A stretch of DNA of 64,000 nucleotides, taken from NCBI GenBank assembly GCA_043826455.1, contig JBDRQD010000048.1, positions 160,001 through 224,000 on the forward strand, written 5' to 3'. Origin of the DNA: Candidatus Bathyarchaeota archaeon. Its GTDB lineage: Archaea; Thermoproteota; Bathyarchaeia; TCS64. The notes beneath the pieces were generated by a model. It saw nothing but the letters and a program-made list of their open reading frames with translations. It ran no database searches and had not been told where the DNA came from. A program made the position numbers and the translations under genes. Below are positions 17,880-27,983 of this stretch, piece by piece. Position 1 is the first letter of the stretch, and each line of letters begins with the position of its first letter.

Positions 17880-19112
17880 TTGAAGAGGCTGGGAGTCGGG
17901 TTCATAGGCGCGGGATTCATAGCCCGCTTCATGGCGTCCAGCTGGACGGGGGTCCGGGACGCCGACATATCCGCAGTCTACAACCACAGGGAGAGGGGAG
18001 CCCGGGAGCTGGCGGCCCACGTGGAGGGCCTGGGGATGCCCCGGCCTAGAGTCTATACAGACCTGCACGAGATGCTATCAGACAGGGCCGTGGACGCCGT
18101 CTGGGTTATGACCCCCAACTATACGAGGGTCGAGACCGTCCGGGCCGTCGCCGAGGAGGCCAGGCAGGGCAGCAACGACCTGGTGGGGGTGGCCTGCGAG
18201 AAGCCTCTGGCCCGCACACTGGACGAGGCCGAGGAGCTGGTGAGGCTCCTGGACGGAACAGGGCTCCTCCACGGCTACTTGGAGAACCAGGTCTTCGCCC
18301 CCTCCGTCGTCAAGGGCAGGGATATCGTTTGGAGGCGCGGAGCCCGGGCGGCTGGCAGGCCCTACCTGGCCCGAGCGGCGGAGGAGCACGGCGGCCCCCA
18401 CAACAGCTGGTTCTGGGACCCCAGGCTCAGCGGAGGTGGCGTCCTCCTGGACATGAGCTGCCACAGCCTTGAGGCGTGCAGGTACCTGCTCACGGACCCC
18501 GACCTACCCAAGGATAGCCTCAGGCCCGTCAGGGTCCAGGCCTCGATAGCGTCCCTCAAGTGGACCCGTGAGCCCTACATGTCACAGCTCAGGGAGACCT
18601 ACGGCGTAGACTACCGGGAGGCGCCGGCCGAGGACTACGCGTCGGTGAACGTCGTCTACGAGGACCAGGAGGGGCTGATTGTCCTCAGCGAGGCCAAGAC
18701 CAGCTGGAACTACGTGGGCCCCGGCCTCAGGCTCAGCCTGGAGGCCCTGGGGCCGGAGTACAGCCTGGCTATGAACAGCTTGAACCAGGAGCTGAGCGTC
18801 TTCTTCAGCCGCAACGTCCAGGTGCCGGCGTCGGAGGAGTTCGTGGAGAAGCAGACCGCGGAGCAGGGCCTCATCCCGGTGGTGCCCGACGAGGCGGTAG
18901 CCTACGGTTACCAGCACGAGAACAGGCACATGGTCCGTTGCTTCCTGGAGGGCAGGATGCCTGAGGAGAACTGGGGCGACGGGCTCCTGGTCACGGGCCT
19001 CATGATGGCTGCCTACAAGTCGGCCGAGGAGGGGAGAACCATAGAGTACGATCCCGGCTGCCTGAGGGGGTTCACCCCGGCTGTGGCCAAGGGGACCTGG
19101 GCCCCGGGCTAA
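17880..19112 (+). CDS. Gfo/Idh/MocA-family oxidoreductase
   Basis: GFIGAGFIA, CEKPL and SGGGVLLDMSCH motifs. Confidence 0.92.
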   Translation: MKRLGVGFIGAGFIARFMASSWTGVRDADISAVYNHRERGARELAAHVEGLGMPRPRVYTDLHEMLSDRAVDAVWVMTPNYTRVETVRAVAEEARQGSNDLVGVACEKPLARTLDEAEELVRLLDGTGLLHGYLENQVFAPSVVKGRDIVWRRGARAAGRPYLARAAEEHGGPHNSWFWDPRLSGGGVLLDMSCHSLEACRYLLTDPDLPKDSLRPVRVQASIASLKWTREPYMSQLRETYGVDYREAPAEDYASVNVVYEDQEGLIVLSEAKTSWNYVGPGLRLSLEALGPEYSLAMNSLNQELSVFFSRNVQVPASEEFVEKQTAEQGLIPVVPDEAVAYGYQHENRHMVRCFLEGRMPEENWGDGLLVTGLMMAAYKSAEEGRTIEYDPGCLRGFTPAVAKGTWAPG

Positions 19113-20368
19113 GCCTGGGCGAATTGGGGTGCCTTCTCGTGGTCCTCGGGCTCCTTGATGAACAGCATTATCATTGTGGTAGTCAGCAGCCCCAGGACCC
19201 CGTTGATGAAGAAGGGTATCCCGTACCCGGGCACCGCCAGCCCCAGCACGTTGAAGGATACGGCCCTGTAGGTGTCGTATAACCAGGTGCTAATGATGGG
19301 CCCGATGACGCTGCCAGCCGTGAACCCGGTGCCGAACAGGCCGAACATCCTGCCCCTAACCTCAGGAGGCACCAGGTCGGCCCGGAGCGCCCTGAAGGCG
19401 GGCATGCTGGTGTTGAACCCCAGGCTGCGCAGGCTGACGACTACCCCGGCCTGGGTGATGTCGCCTGTGAAGGGGAGCAATATGCCCGCCAGGTTGGAGG
19501 TGTAGTTGCCGAGGCCTATGAGGGGCTTCCTGCCCCGCCTGTCGCTGGTCCTTCCGGCCAGGTAGCTGGCGAGGAGCCCTATGAAGCCGCTGACGCTGAT
19601 GATGGCCCCGATGCCCACGGGGTCCAAGCCGAAGCGGTCGGTGTAGAAGAGCACCATGATGGGGATGATGAATCCTACGCCGATGCCGCTGACGAAGCTG
19701 TTAACCATTATGATCTTCAGGGGGTTTGTCCACACGATCTTGGCCTCAGCCCTGCCACCTCCAGCCCTCACCGGGCCGCTCCTCCTATCAGGCTCCACTA
19801 TCTTGAGGTAGACCACCGCCAGGGCGACCAGGGCCAGCGCCGAGTCCACGAAGTAGGGTATCCTGTAGCTGGTTAGCACCGTGAAGCCCCTGCTCACCGA
19901 AAACCACTGTATGCCTCCGCCGAGGATGGGCCCAAGGTTCTGGCCGATCATGTTCATGGACATTATGAAGCCGGTGGCCTCACCCCTCTGCTTCGGCTCC
20001 ACCAGGTCTATGAGCAGCGTCTCGGAGGCCAGCATGGCGCCGCTGGATACAGCCCCGTTTAGCACCCTTATCAGGAGCAGCCACTCCCAGCTGGGCACCA
20101 GCCCCGTGAGGGTGCCCAGGACCACGTCTGCGGCCAGCCCGTACATCATTATCCGTTTACGCCCGTAGGTGTCCACGATGGCCCCCATCTTGGGGGCCAG
20201 CACAGCGAAGGCCACCATGAAGCTGCTGGTGAACAAGCCTACACTGGCCACGGTAGCCCCCAGCCCCAGCGCATAGTTGGGGAAGAAGGAGATGGGTAGA
20301 GCGAAGGCCAGGGACTCTATGAGCTGGACAGCCCCCAGGATCAGTATAGCGTCGCTAAGGCTCCTCAA
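19109..20368 (-). CDS. MFS transporter
   Basis: ~12 TM; motif A twice (GAIVDTYGRKR, GRTSDRRGRKP). Confidence 0.9.
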   Translation of the reverse strand: MRSLSDAILILGAVQLIESLAFALPISFFPNYALGLGATVASVGLFTSSFMVAFAVLAPKMGAIVDTYGRKRIMMYGLAADVVLGTLTGLVPSWEWLLLIRVLNGAVSSGAMLASETLLIDLVEPKQRGEATGFIMSMNMIGQNLGPILGGGIQWFSVSRGFTVLTSYRIPYFVDSALALVALAVVYLKIVEPDRRSGPVRAGGGRAEAKIVWTNPLKIIMVNSFVSGIGVGFIIPIMVLFYTDRFGLDPVGIGAIISVSGFIGLLASYLAGRTSDRRGRKPLIGLGNYTSNLAGILLPFTGDITQAGVVVSLRSLGFNTSMPAFRALRADLVPPEVRGRMFGLFGTGFTAGSVIGPIISTWLYDTYRAVSFNVLGLAVPGYGIPFFINGVLGLLTTTMIMLFIKEPEDHEKAPQFAQA

Positions 20369-20418
20369 CTCAACCCCTCAAGAGACTAGACATCAGATAG
20401 GCTAAGCCATATAAACTC

Positions 20419-20946
20419 TTAGTAGGCCTCCTGGAGGGCATCGGCGTAGACCCTGTAATCGTACTCGCTGAATAGGACGAAAACAACCTCACCACCCCAA
20501 CCATCCTCTAGGAAGTCCATGACCGCTCTGATGGCCACCCTGGACGCCTGCTCCACGGGGTACCCGTAGGCCCCCGTGCTGATGGAAGGGAAGCCGATAG
20601 ACCCTAAACCCATCTCCTCCGCAAGCCTCAGGCAACTCAGGTACGCCTTCCTGAGAAGCTCCGCCTCGCCGTGGCCTCCGCCCCTCCACACCGGTCCCAT
20701 TGTGTGGATCACGTGCCTGGCCCTCATGTTTCCGCCCGTCGTGGCCACAGCCTCACCTGTGGGCAACCCCTCCGGGTACATTGTTCTCCTGATCACCATG
20801 CTCTGCTCAAGGATCACGGGGCCCCCGGCCCTATGGATGGCCCCGTCCACCCCGCCTCCACCCATGAGGGTGGGGTTGGCGGCGTTCACCACGGCGTCCA
20901 CTTCTAGGGCGGTGATGTCTCCTTTTACCATCCTGATCCGGGTCAT
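20419..20946 (-). CDS. macrodomain O-acetyl-ADP-ribose deacetylase (YmdB-like)
   Basis: GDIT, DAVVNAAN, GGGVDGAIH and FPSISTGAYGYP motifs. Confidence 0.93.
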   Translation of the reverse strand: MTRIRMVKGDITALEVDAVVNAANPTLMGGGGVDGAIHRAGGPVILEQSMVIRRTMYPEGLPTGEAVATTGGNMRARHVIHTMGPVWRGGGHGEAELLRKAYLSCLRLAEEMGLGSIGFPSISTGAYGYPVEQASRVAIRAVMDFLEDGWGGEVVFVLFSEYDYRVYADALQEAY

Positions 20947-21009
20947 GACGTCTCCCCTGGTGTGATCTCGGTGAATGTTTATATCATGGTTTCCCGTGTC
21001 GGGATGGGT

Positions 21010-21351
21010 ATGATCGGCTTACACATGATGGTGGACGGGCTCGTGGATGAGCCCATGACCAGGGACAAAGTGGAGCAGATACTCAGGGAGCTCCCCGGTC
21101 TCATAGGAATGAGCATACTGGACGGGCCCCACGTTGTGGAGGGGGTGCCTGAGAACCCGGGGTGGACCGGCTTCGTCATCATCGACAAGAGCCACATATC
21201 GGTCCACACCTTCACCGAGACCAGCACGGTCTCCATAGACGTGTACAGCTGCAAGCTCTTCAACGCCAAGATGGCCGTATCCTACCTCCGGGACCACATA
21301 CGCTTCAGCGAGGTAACGACCCGGACCCTGACCCGGGAGATAGTACATTAA
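21010..21351 (+). CDS. speD: pyruvoyl-dependent S-adenosylmethionine decarboxylase-family proenzyme
   Basis: GLH, GWTGFVII-DKSHISVHTF and IDVYSC motifs; cleavage site atypical (K-S). Confidence 0.8.
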   Translation: MIGLHMMVDGLVDEPMTRDKVEQILRELPGLIGMSILDGPHVVEGVPENPGWTGFVIIDKSHISVHTFTETSTVSIDVYSCKLFNAKMAVSYLRDHIRFSEVTTRTLTREIVH

Positions 21352-21598
21352 GGCGTTAAGCTGGGCCGCGAGCCTAAAATCAGCCATTTATCAGAGTTTT
21401 AACCCCTTTCCATCACGTAATTGACCGGTAAACCGATTAAAGCATGCAAACAGATGGAAACCGTGTGTAAGCCAAAAGATACGTGGTTTACCGGAGAGCT
21501 GACCCTGAATACAAGCCATCCGCCTTTTCGGGGCCGGAATATAGAATAGCGTGGAGCATAGCTTTTATTCCGTGCGCCTCTAAAATGGTCGAGGAGCC

Positions 21599-22840
21599 AT
21601 GGCTGCGGGTTTCGGCCAGTTTGATGCGGTGTACAACATCCTCATCCTGGTCGTCATCATATCTCTCATAGCCCGCCAGATCAACTTCCCCTCCACCATA
21701 GCCTTCATCTTCGCCGGGCTCCTCGCCGCCTACGCTCCAAGGTTTCCTATACCTGAGATATCCCCTGAGATATTCCTCAGCGTACTGCTACCCCCCATCC
21801 TTTTCAGCGAGACCCTGAACACGGACATAGAGGGCCTCCTGGACGACGGTGACACCATTCTGGGGTACGCCGTGGCGGGCACGGCCCTCACGGTGGTGGC
21901 GGTGGCCGTGTTCATCCGCCTCCTGGTGGGATTCACCTGGACCGAGGCCTTCCTCTTGGGCATCATCATCGCCCCCACCGACCCCGTCTCGGTGATAGCC
22001 ACCTTTAAGCAGCTGGGCGTCGTCAAGCGCTTCCAGCTCATAGTGTCCGGGGAGAGCCTCTTCAACGACGGCGTGGCCATCGTCCTGTACAGCATCCTGC
22101 TTATCATTATAGAGGGCGGGAGCATAACGGGCCCCGAGGTGGCCCAGATAAGCATAGTGAAGGTCTTCGGCGGCGTCCTCCTGGGCTACATAGCCGGCTA
22201 CATTGTCCACCTCATCTTCTGCTGGACCGACGACCTCTTCGTCAAGATACTGCTCAGCTTCATAGTGGCCTTCGGCGTCTTCAGGCTGGCCGAGGAGTTC
22301 CACGCCAGCGGCGTCATCGGCGTCGTGGTGGCGGGCCTCCTCCTCAACTACCGGTGCAAATCTAGCGGCGGCCTAACTCACCAGGAGGAGGAGAGCCTCA
22401 AGGTGATGTGGGAGTTCGTGGGCTTCATAGCCAGCAGCTTCGCCTTCATATTCATCGGCGTCTCCCTAGATCCAATGCTCCTCCAGGGATTCATGATGTC
22501 TGTCCTGGCCCTGGGGGTGTTCACCGTCGCCTTCAGGTACGTGATGGTGGACCTGGTGGCCAGGTTCCTGGAGGCCTACCGCAGGAAGAGGATTCCACGC
22601 AACTGGAAGGTGGGGATGACGTGGAGCGGACTCAGGGGCGCCGTGTCGGTGGTGCTGGTACTAGGCGTCACGGGCCTCAGCCTACCCAACGAGACGGGGC
22701 TGCTGGCCCTGACCTACGGTATCGTGCTGGGCACCAACCTCATACAGGGTCTGTCCATGCCCTGGGTGGTAAACCGGCTAAGGCTGTTCAGCACCAGGCC
22801 CGCACCCGAGGCCCAGGAGGCCCCGGAGACCAATGTCTAA
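21599..22840 (+). CDS. Na+/H+ antiporter, CPA1 family
   Basis: LLPPILF, PTDPVSV, GESLFNDG and GLRGAVS motifs. Confidence 0.93.
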   Translation: MAAGFGQFDAVYNILILVVIISLIARQINFPSTIAFIFAGLLAAYAPRFPIPEISPEIFLSVLLPPILFSETLNTDIEGLLDDGDTILGYAVAGTALTVVAVAVFIRLLVGFTWTEAFLLGIIIAPTDPVSVIATFKQLGVVKRFQLIVSGESLFNDGVAIVLYSILLIIIEGGSITGPEVAQISIVKVFGGVLLGYIAGYIVHLIFCWTDDLFVKILLSFIVAFGVFRLAEEFHASGVIGVVVAGLLLNYRCKSSGGLTHQEEESLKVMWEFVGFIASSFAFIFIGVSLDPMLLQGFMMSVLALGVFTVAFRYVMVDLVARFLEAYRRKRIPRNWKVGMTWSGLRGAVSVVLVLGVTGLSLPNETGLLALTYGIVLGTNLIQGLSMPWVVNRLRLFSTRPAPEAQEAPETNV

Positions 22841-22891
22841 GATTTAATCAAAGTTTATAATCGGTGGTTCCCCACGCCCATATTGATTGTC

Positions 22892-23386
22892 ATGTCAGTA
22901 GCCGAAAGACTCAGGATGCTATCCGACTTGGAGGAGAAGTACGCCGTCGAGCTGGAGAAGGAGTACCGGGGCTATGGTAACGAGGTGGTCCGGCAGCTCA
23001 TCGCCAGCGTCATGGTGGACAGCAGGAAGCACGCGGGCCTCTACAAGACCGCAGCATCCATCATGGAGGGTAAAAGCCTGAGCATAATGGACCTAGAGTT
23101 CGAGGAGCTGGAGAAGCGGCTCAGGCTCCACATCGAGATGGAGCAGGAGATGATCGACGCCGCCAAGAACCTCATGGACGAGGTCAAGGACGAGCGGGTC
23201 AAGAAGATACTCACCTGGATATACGAGGATGAGCTCTTCCACCACCCCATGATGAAGGTGCTCCTGGAGGTGGTCCTCAAACGGGAGATGATCAGCGAGC
23301 AGGACGTCTGGGACATGCTCTTCAGGGACCTGCCAACCCACGGCCACGCCCCCGACCCCAACGTGGGTAGGCTCTACGGAGGCTAA
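22892..23386 (+). CDS. ferritin-like four-helix-bundle protein
   Basis: DSRKH, HIEME and EDELFHH D/ExxH motifs. Confidence 0.75.
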   Translation: MSVAERLRMLSDLEEKYAVELEKEYRGYGNEVVRQLIASVMVDSRKHAGLYKTAASIMEGKSLSIMDLEFEELEKRLRLHIEMEQEMIDAAKNLMDEVKDERVKKILTWIYEDELFHHPMMKVLLEVVLKREMISEQDVWDMLFRDLPTHGHAPDPNVGRLYGG

Positions 23387-23621
23387 CCCTCCGCGTAGCT
23401 CCGTTATAAACTCCCAGACATTACCCTTCGGGGTTGCACCGTCTCTAAGCTGCCCCCGCGAAACTCCCTTAACATTTACGTTTTCATTAAAGATTTTTAC
23501 CGAAAAAATCTCTACTGCGGCTTTTTTGCCGACAAAAAACCGACAAAATCTTAGGTAAAAAATATACTTTTAGCGGAAAAAATAAAGGTTTTTAAAGTAA
23601 AATGAGATGGATTTTATTAGA

Positions 23622-23786
23622 ATGCCTGAGCGAAAGTACAAGTACCACACAGTCAACCTGCCCGAGAGCCTAGCCCAGAAGATAGAGGAAGTTATAGAGA
23701 GCGGGAACCACGGATACACCAGCATCCCGGACTTCGTCAAATCGGCCGTCCGCCGATACCTGAGGGACCTCGGATACCTAGTGTGA
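23622..23786 (+). CDS. ribbon-helix-helix (CopG-like) regulator, 54 aa, not in ORF track
   Basis: Hand translation MPERKYKYHTVNLPESLAQKIEEVIESGNHGYTSIPDFVKSAVRRYLRDLGYLV*. Confidence 0.85.
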   Translation: MPERKYKYHTVNLPESLAQKIEEVIESGNHGYTSIPDFVKSAVRRYLRDLGYLV

Positions 23787-23904
23787 CGATCCGCTGAAAA
23801 TGGAACCCGACTGGGCCTCTGGAGATATAGGTTGCACCATCCCTTTTACCGTCAGCTGATCACAAACTTTATTGAAATTCACTGATAAACTATCATCATC
23901 CAAT

Positions 23905-24183
23905 ATGAGCGGCAAACCCCCCTTCGACGAGGTGTGGAAAAGGATCAGCGTCCGGGCTGGTGACATCTTCTTCACCAAGACGGGGCTCCGCTTCACCTAC
24001 AAGGTGGAGGATGACAAGGTCCTCATCAGCCGGGCCAAGTACACGGTATCTAAGAATGACCTCAGGAGAGCCTACGAGATGTCTCCCTTGGGCGGCCCCA
24101 GTCAGCTGTCCTCCGCCGTGAGGGGCCCCACCTACGTGTGGGCGATCCTCCACGACGCCCGGGTCACCCTTAGGCAGTGGTAG
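23905..24183 (+). CDS. hypothetical protein
   Basis: 92-aa ORF from ATG 23905 with host-like codon usage. Confidence 0.65.
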   Translation: MSGKPPFDEVWKRISVRAGDIFFTKTGLRFTYKVEDDKVLISRAKYTVSKNDLRRAYEMSPLGGPSQLSSAVRGPTYVWAILHDARVTLRQW

Positions 24184-24219
24184 CGTACCAAAACATTGTT
24201 ATATCGCTAGCGAAAAAAG

Positions 24220-24582
24220 GTGATTATGGCAACATGCAGAGGATGCGGGGACGAGCTGGCCAAGGACGCCAACTTCTGCCCCAGATGCGGGCTTAGAACC
24301 GATAAAGGGGAGAAGGACGGCGTTAAGACCCCTGTGGCCCCCAGGCCGGAGTGGGAGAAAGACGTGGAGACGGCCCTGAACAACGCCACCAGGCTCATGG
24401 ATGACGCCTTCCAGGCGGCCAAGAAAGGGTTGCAGGCGGCCGCCGACGAGATAGGTGTGGAGCTGGAGAAGGCTCGTGGAAGAACAAGGGTCCTGGACCC
24501 GGTTTACTGCCCCAAGTGTGGTAAGAAGAACCCGGGGGACGCCCAGTACTGCACGGTGTGCGGAAAAGAGATACTCAGATGA
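24220..24582 (+). CDS. double zinc-ribbon protein
   Basis: CRGCG...FCPRCG and YCPKCG...YCTVCG flanking a helical linker. Confidence 0.85.
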   Translation: MIMATCRGCGDELAKDANFCPRCGLRTDKGEKDGVKTPVAPRPEWEKDVETALNNATRLMDDAFQAAKKGLQAAADEIGVELEKARGRTRVLDPVYCPKCGKKNPGDAQYCTVCGKEILR

Positions 24583-25262
24583 GGGTCCCGCGCGCCTGGA
24601 AGCCCTGCTCGAGATGTTCTGCGTCGCGGCGGGTAGGGACCAGTCAGGGGGCTACGGTCCTCACCTGTTTCGGCTCGGCGTATATGCCTGCGGTGCTTGG
24701 CGGAGATGGCCTTTGTTCATGTTCAGCCTTGCCGGGTGGGTGATCCCGAATGACTGAAAAAACCGCCATAAGGGGGTACCCCCTACGTTTTTTACACATC
24801 AACCATCGTTGCCCTGTGCTTGATGTGATGAATGTGCCGTGTTTTTGTATGGAATGAACAGCGTTTTTGCATAGATTCATGCGGCGTCGGACCGGTTCTG
24901 TGGCTCCTTTTGGCGTGGGGCGCCCGTTTCCGGTCTATCTTGCACTACCCCCCTCCCCCCTCACGGGGTGTCCGGCGGTGGCGTGGTGGGTGTATCGTTA
25001 GCTGGGTGGCTTATCCTGTGCCAGCCGGGATAAGGCGGAAAAAAACTTCTTTTATTACGTGTTTCCTTTGATGAGATGCTTCAACGGCTTGTTGATGGTC
25101 TGAGGCCTCTGTGTGCTCATTATTGGTGGGGTACGTCATGGGTAGTCTCCGTTTCTTATTGTAATTTTTATCTTTTTGCGATACGCGGGGACGTCAGGGA
25201 TAAGCTTACTGGTGCACATTTAAAACGGGGCTCTCAAGCTTCCCCATGTTGTTAAATGGGGG

Positions 25263-26216
25263 CTAGAGTCGACGGATAACCTCGTCCCTGAAGAGGGTAA
25301 GCTTCTCCTTGGCCGCCTCCACGTCCCCCGTGGGCCTAACGTAGAGGATCATGAGGCCGATGCCCAGGTCCCCGGCCTGCCTCATCTTGTCCACCAGCGC
25401 CTCCGGGGTCCCCATGAACATGTCCCGTTTAACCTCCTCAGGGGACCTCCTCATCCTCTCAGCGGTCCTCTCCACCGCTGCGTCGTACTCCTCCTCCGTG
25501 TCGTAGACCCAGACGGTGTGATCGAAGGCCGAGAAGCTGAAGTCTCCCAGGCTCTTACCGTACCGCTCCAGCTCAGGGACCAGGAGCCCCTTGGCGGCCC
25601 TCACCGAGCCGAGGCCTCCCCCCACGGTGAGCACGTTCAGGCCGTCGGCGTACTTCGCTGCTATCCTCACCAGCCTGGGCTTGCTTCCGCCCACGACTAT
25701 GGGCATGGGCTGCTGCACCGGAAGAGGGTAGTTGTAGGCATCCACCAGCTTCCAGTACCTGCTCTCGTAGCTGAACTCCGCGCTGGAGAACATGCCGCGG
25801 AGAATCCTCACCGTCTCCTTGAGCAGGTCGGCCCGGACAGGCCCTGGAGGTACACCGCCGCCGTCCCCTGTCAGGTCGTAGCCCTCGTACTCCTGCTTCA
25901 TATAGCCGGCCCCGATGATGGCGTCGTACCTGCCCCCGGAGAGGTGGTCTAGGGTGGTGATGGTCTTGGCCAGGTAAGCCGGGTTCCTCAGGCCGTTGAA
26001 GACTGTGATGTGGCCCAGGCGCATCCGCCTCGTCTGCACCCCGATAGCGGCCAGGGTGGTCATGGCCTCCAGGAAAGGCATCTTGGCCTCCGACATGAGG
26101 CCCATCACGTGGTCGTTGAGGTAGATGCCGTGGAGGCCCAGCTCCTCAGCGTGGAGGGCCAGGTCCAGCATCCCCTTGTAGGTGACCCCAGGCCTGATGA
26201 AGTAACCGAACCTCAT
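25263..26216 (-). CDS. LLM-class flavin/F420-dependent oxidoreductase
   Basis: NDH, RNPAYLAK...TLDHLSGGR and PIVVGG motifs. Confidence 0.92.
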   Translation of the reverse strand: MRFGYFIRPGVTYKGMLDLALHAEELGLHGIYLNDHVMGLMSEAKMPFLEAMTTLAAIGVQTRRMRLGHITVFNGLRNPAYLAKTITTLDHLSGGRYDAIIGAGYMKQEYEGYDLTGDGGGVPPGPVRADLLKETVRILRGMFSSAEFSYESRYWKLVDAYNYPLPVQQPMPIVVGGSKPRLVRIAAKYADGLNVLTVGGGLGSVRAAKGLLVPELERYGKSLGDFSFSAFDHTVWVYDTEEEYDAAVERTAERMRRSPEEVKRDMFMGTPEALVDKMRQAGDLGIGLMILYVRPTGDVEAAKEKLTLFRDEVIRRL

Positions 26217-26292
26217 AGACGGTGAAACCGGCTCCCCGTATTAGAGGCTTCCGCGGCGAAGAATCTAAACCGGGTGAAACATCTGATAAAGT

Positions 26293-27285
26293 ATGAGGGT
26301 GCTGTGCAGCGGTAGCTATCTGGCGGACATACTGGTTCCTGGGCTTCCCCGGATCGGGCCCCCGGGGAGCCTCACCTACGCCCCCAGGGGCATCCACCTG
26401 TCACCGGGGGGCCACTCCGCCAACGTGGCCCTGGACTTGGCCCAGCTGGGCCAGGGGGACGTCCACTCCACGGGGTGCCTAGGGGACGACGCCATGGGGG
26501 AGTACCTGACTAGGGAGCTTGTCAGGGGCGGCGTCCACGCCTACCCCCAGGTGGCTGAGGCTGTCCCCACGGCTAAGAACGTGGCTCTTATTGTGGAGGG
26601 GGAGGACCGCAGGTTCATAGCGGAGCTCACCGCCAACACCCTCTTGGAGCCCCGCCACGTCATGGGGCTGGTGGAGCGGCTTAGGCCAGCCGTGCTGTAC
26701 CAAGGAACCGTAGGAGGCCTCCGTTACATAGATGCAAGGCTGAGTACTGTGCTGGGGCACGCCAGGAGCCGCGGAGCGGCCACCCTGGTGGACGCCATAC
26801 CCCCCACAGGGGGATGGGGCCACATGGAGGAGGCTTATCCATACATGGATTTGCTCCACCTCAACCTTCAGGAGGCCAGGCAGCTCACAGGGCAGGAACA
26901 CTTGGGCAGGGTCCTCGATCGGCTGGCCGAGAACCATGTACCCCTAGCTGTTGTCTCCGATGGGGAGAGGGGCCTATACGCGGTCACAGACCGCAGCCGG
27001 CTCAGGATGCCCGCCTTCAAAGTGAAGACAGTAGACCAGACGGGGGCCGGGGACGCCCTCTGCGCAGGAATAATTGACTCACTGGACCGCCACGGCCTGA
27101 ACCCGTTGAAGCTGGGTGAGGCCCCCCTGGATGCTTTGACGCGGGTCCTCATGGAGGCCCAGGCGGCCGGGGCAGCCTGCGTGACGGGGATAGGGGCCGC
27201 CACCAACGTCAACAGGGAGCTCACGGAAGCCTTAATCAGGGAGCAGGGAGAAGCTGTCCTAGCCGCAGTGGACTCTGTAGAGTGA
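26293..27285 (+). CDS. PfkB/ribokinase-family carbohydrate kinase
   Basis: PGGHSANVA, G.LGDD and VDQTGAGD motifs. Confidence 0.92.
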   Translation: MRVLCSGSYLADILVPGLPRIGPPGSLTYAPRGIHLSPGGHSANVALDLAQLGQGDVHSTGCLGDDAMGEYLTRELVRGGVHAYPQVAEAVPTAKNVALIVEGEDRRFIAELTANTLLEPRHVMGLVERLRPAVLYQGTVGGLRYIDARLSTVLGHARSRGAATLVDAIPPTGGWGHMEEAYPYMDLLHLNLQEARQLTGQEHLGRVLDRLAENHVPLAVVSDGERGLYAVTDRSRLRMPAFKVKTVDQTGAGDALCAGIIDSLDRHGLNPLKLGEAPLDALTRVLMEAQAAGAACVTGIGAATNVNRELTEALIREQGEAVLAAVDSVE

Positions 27286-27983
27286 TCATCATGGCCGCGC
27301 CGAGGACACCCAGGGTCAGAACGGGCGTGGAGTCGCTGGACACCCTCCTGGGGGGCGGCTTCACCCCGGCAGCCGTCAACGTGGTCTACGGGGAGGCCGC
27401 CACCGGCAAGACCACCCTGTGCCTCACCGCGGCCCTAGGCCACCTCGCCGAGCACAGGGCCTCCAACGCCTACCTCATAGACTCTGACAACAAGCTGAAC
27501 ATAGGCCGCCTCACACAGATGGCCCAGCCGCGGGGCCTGGGCCTCCTCAAACGCCTCCACCTCCACATCCCTAAAAGCTTCCGGGAGCAGGAGGAGACCC
27601 TGGAGAGCCTGCCGCCCCTGGACTCCCTGGACCTGGTGATCCTGGACAGCGTCACGGGCCTCTACAGGGGCGAGACCGGCGACGAGGAGCAGACCTACAG
27701 GATAAACAAAGAGCTTAACCGTCACCTAGGTTACATAACGGAGATGGCCAGGACGAGGGGGGCGACATTCATGCTGACGGGCCAGGTGAGGAGCATCCTG
27801 GACACCCAGCAGGTGGAGCCCGTGGCCCCCAGGCTCCTCAGCTACTGGAGCAGCCTGGTGCTGAAGCTGGAGAAGGCCCCCCGGCCAGGGGTGAGGCAGG
27901 CCACCCTGGAGAAGCCGGCGGAGCGCCACGGGGTGATCTACCTAACGTTAGACGAGTCCGGGATCACGGAGAGCCGCTCATGA
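27282..27983 (+). CDS. radB: RadB-like RecA-family ATPase
   Basis: TG..SLD.LLGGG, Walker A GEAATGKT, Walker B LVILDS, GQVR; no RadA N-terminal domain. Confidence 0.8.
   Translation: MIIMAAPRTPRVRTGVESLDTLLGGGFTPAAVNVVYGEAATGKTTLCLTAALGHLAEHRASNAYLIDSDNKLNIGRLTQMAQPRGLGLLKRLHLHIPKSFREQEETLESLPPLDSLDLVILDSVTGLYRGETGDEEQTYRINKELNRHLGYITEMARTRGATFMLTGQVRSILDTQQVEPVAPRLLSYWSSLVLKLEKAPRPGVRQATLEKPAERHGVIYLTLDESGITESRS

Noticed and set aside
20419..20946. Macrodomain as part of a DarTG or sirtuin-linked ADP-ribosylation system
   Set aside because: No ADP-ribosyltransferase or sirtuin neighbour; looks like a stand-alone YmdB-type gene
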